Assembly: GCA_029858565.1 (NCBI GenBank)
Contig: JAOUEV010000072.1
Coordinates: 1-15,573, forward strand
Source: Nitrospirota bacterium
Lineage (GTDB): Bacteria > Nitrospirota > UBA9217
Length of the DNA: 15,573 bases
Direction of reading: 5' to 3'
Of this stretch, positions 15,466 through 15,573 are shown piece by piece (position 1 is the stretch's first letter; each line of letters starts with the position of its first letter). The notes beneath the pieces were generated by a model that was given only the letters and a program-made list of their open reading frames with translations, did not search any database and was not told the DNA's origin. A program made the translations under genes and the position numbers.

Positions 15466-15573
15466 GAGTCTGTCGGACTTTCCCGACTAAATCAAATATG
15501 TTATAGTCCGCTCAGCTATTCAATCGCACGTAGCGAGGTTGAACAGAAATGAGCGCAAAGTTTATCAATTACG
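15466..15573 (+). mobile_element. Left end of an insertion sequence, probably IS1182 family
   Basis: CTAG (15462-15465) followed by GAGTCTGTCGGACTT (IS terminal-IR-like), where ARPP-1 homology ends. Internal TGTTATAGT extended -10, then RBS and ORF start. Confidence 0.6.
15549..15573 (+). CDS. Probable transposase N-terminus (MSAKFINY...), truncated by the window edge
   Basis: GAGGT RBS and ATG at 15549. MSAKFINY resembles the M..F...(D/N)R start of IS1182 transposases, but only 8 codons are visible. Confidence 0.45.

Larger units (their letters stand above)
1966..15573. mobile_element. tRNA-Glu-integrated genomic (defence) island; left end shown, continues beyond the window
   Basis: Displaced tRNA 3' fragment with its terminator at the left boundary, adjacent IHF site and direct-repeat arm, and accessory cargo (Wadjet, two TA systems, IS end). 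No integrase is present in the window. Confidence 0.75.

Overview
The left ~2 kb looks like host chromosome: the 5' part of a P-type cation ATPase and an outer-membrane beta-barrel gene. At 1966-2009 there is a 3'-half tRNA-Glu(TTC) fragment cut at the anticodon loop and followed by a terminator, which is the typical att scar of an integrated element. To its right is a defence-rich island containing a complete type I Wadjet (jetABCD) preceded by an AAA+/DUF4143 gene, a HigBA toxin-antitoxin pair, and an Xre/MbcA-RES pair coupled to a secreted protein. It also holds an unusual three-gene unit (ARPP-1/DUF6569 protein, SPL-like radical SAM enzyme, divergent CitG-like protein) whose first gene appears cut by an IS1182-like element at the window edge. 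The att-arm sequence next to the tRNA fragment (IHF site plus CTACGAC direct repeats) recurs in the same orientation at about 10.2 kb and 12.5 kb, at module boundaries. The third copy carries a 46-nt hairpin mini-insertion. All family calls come from motif recognition by eye; no database searches were run.
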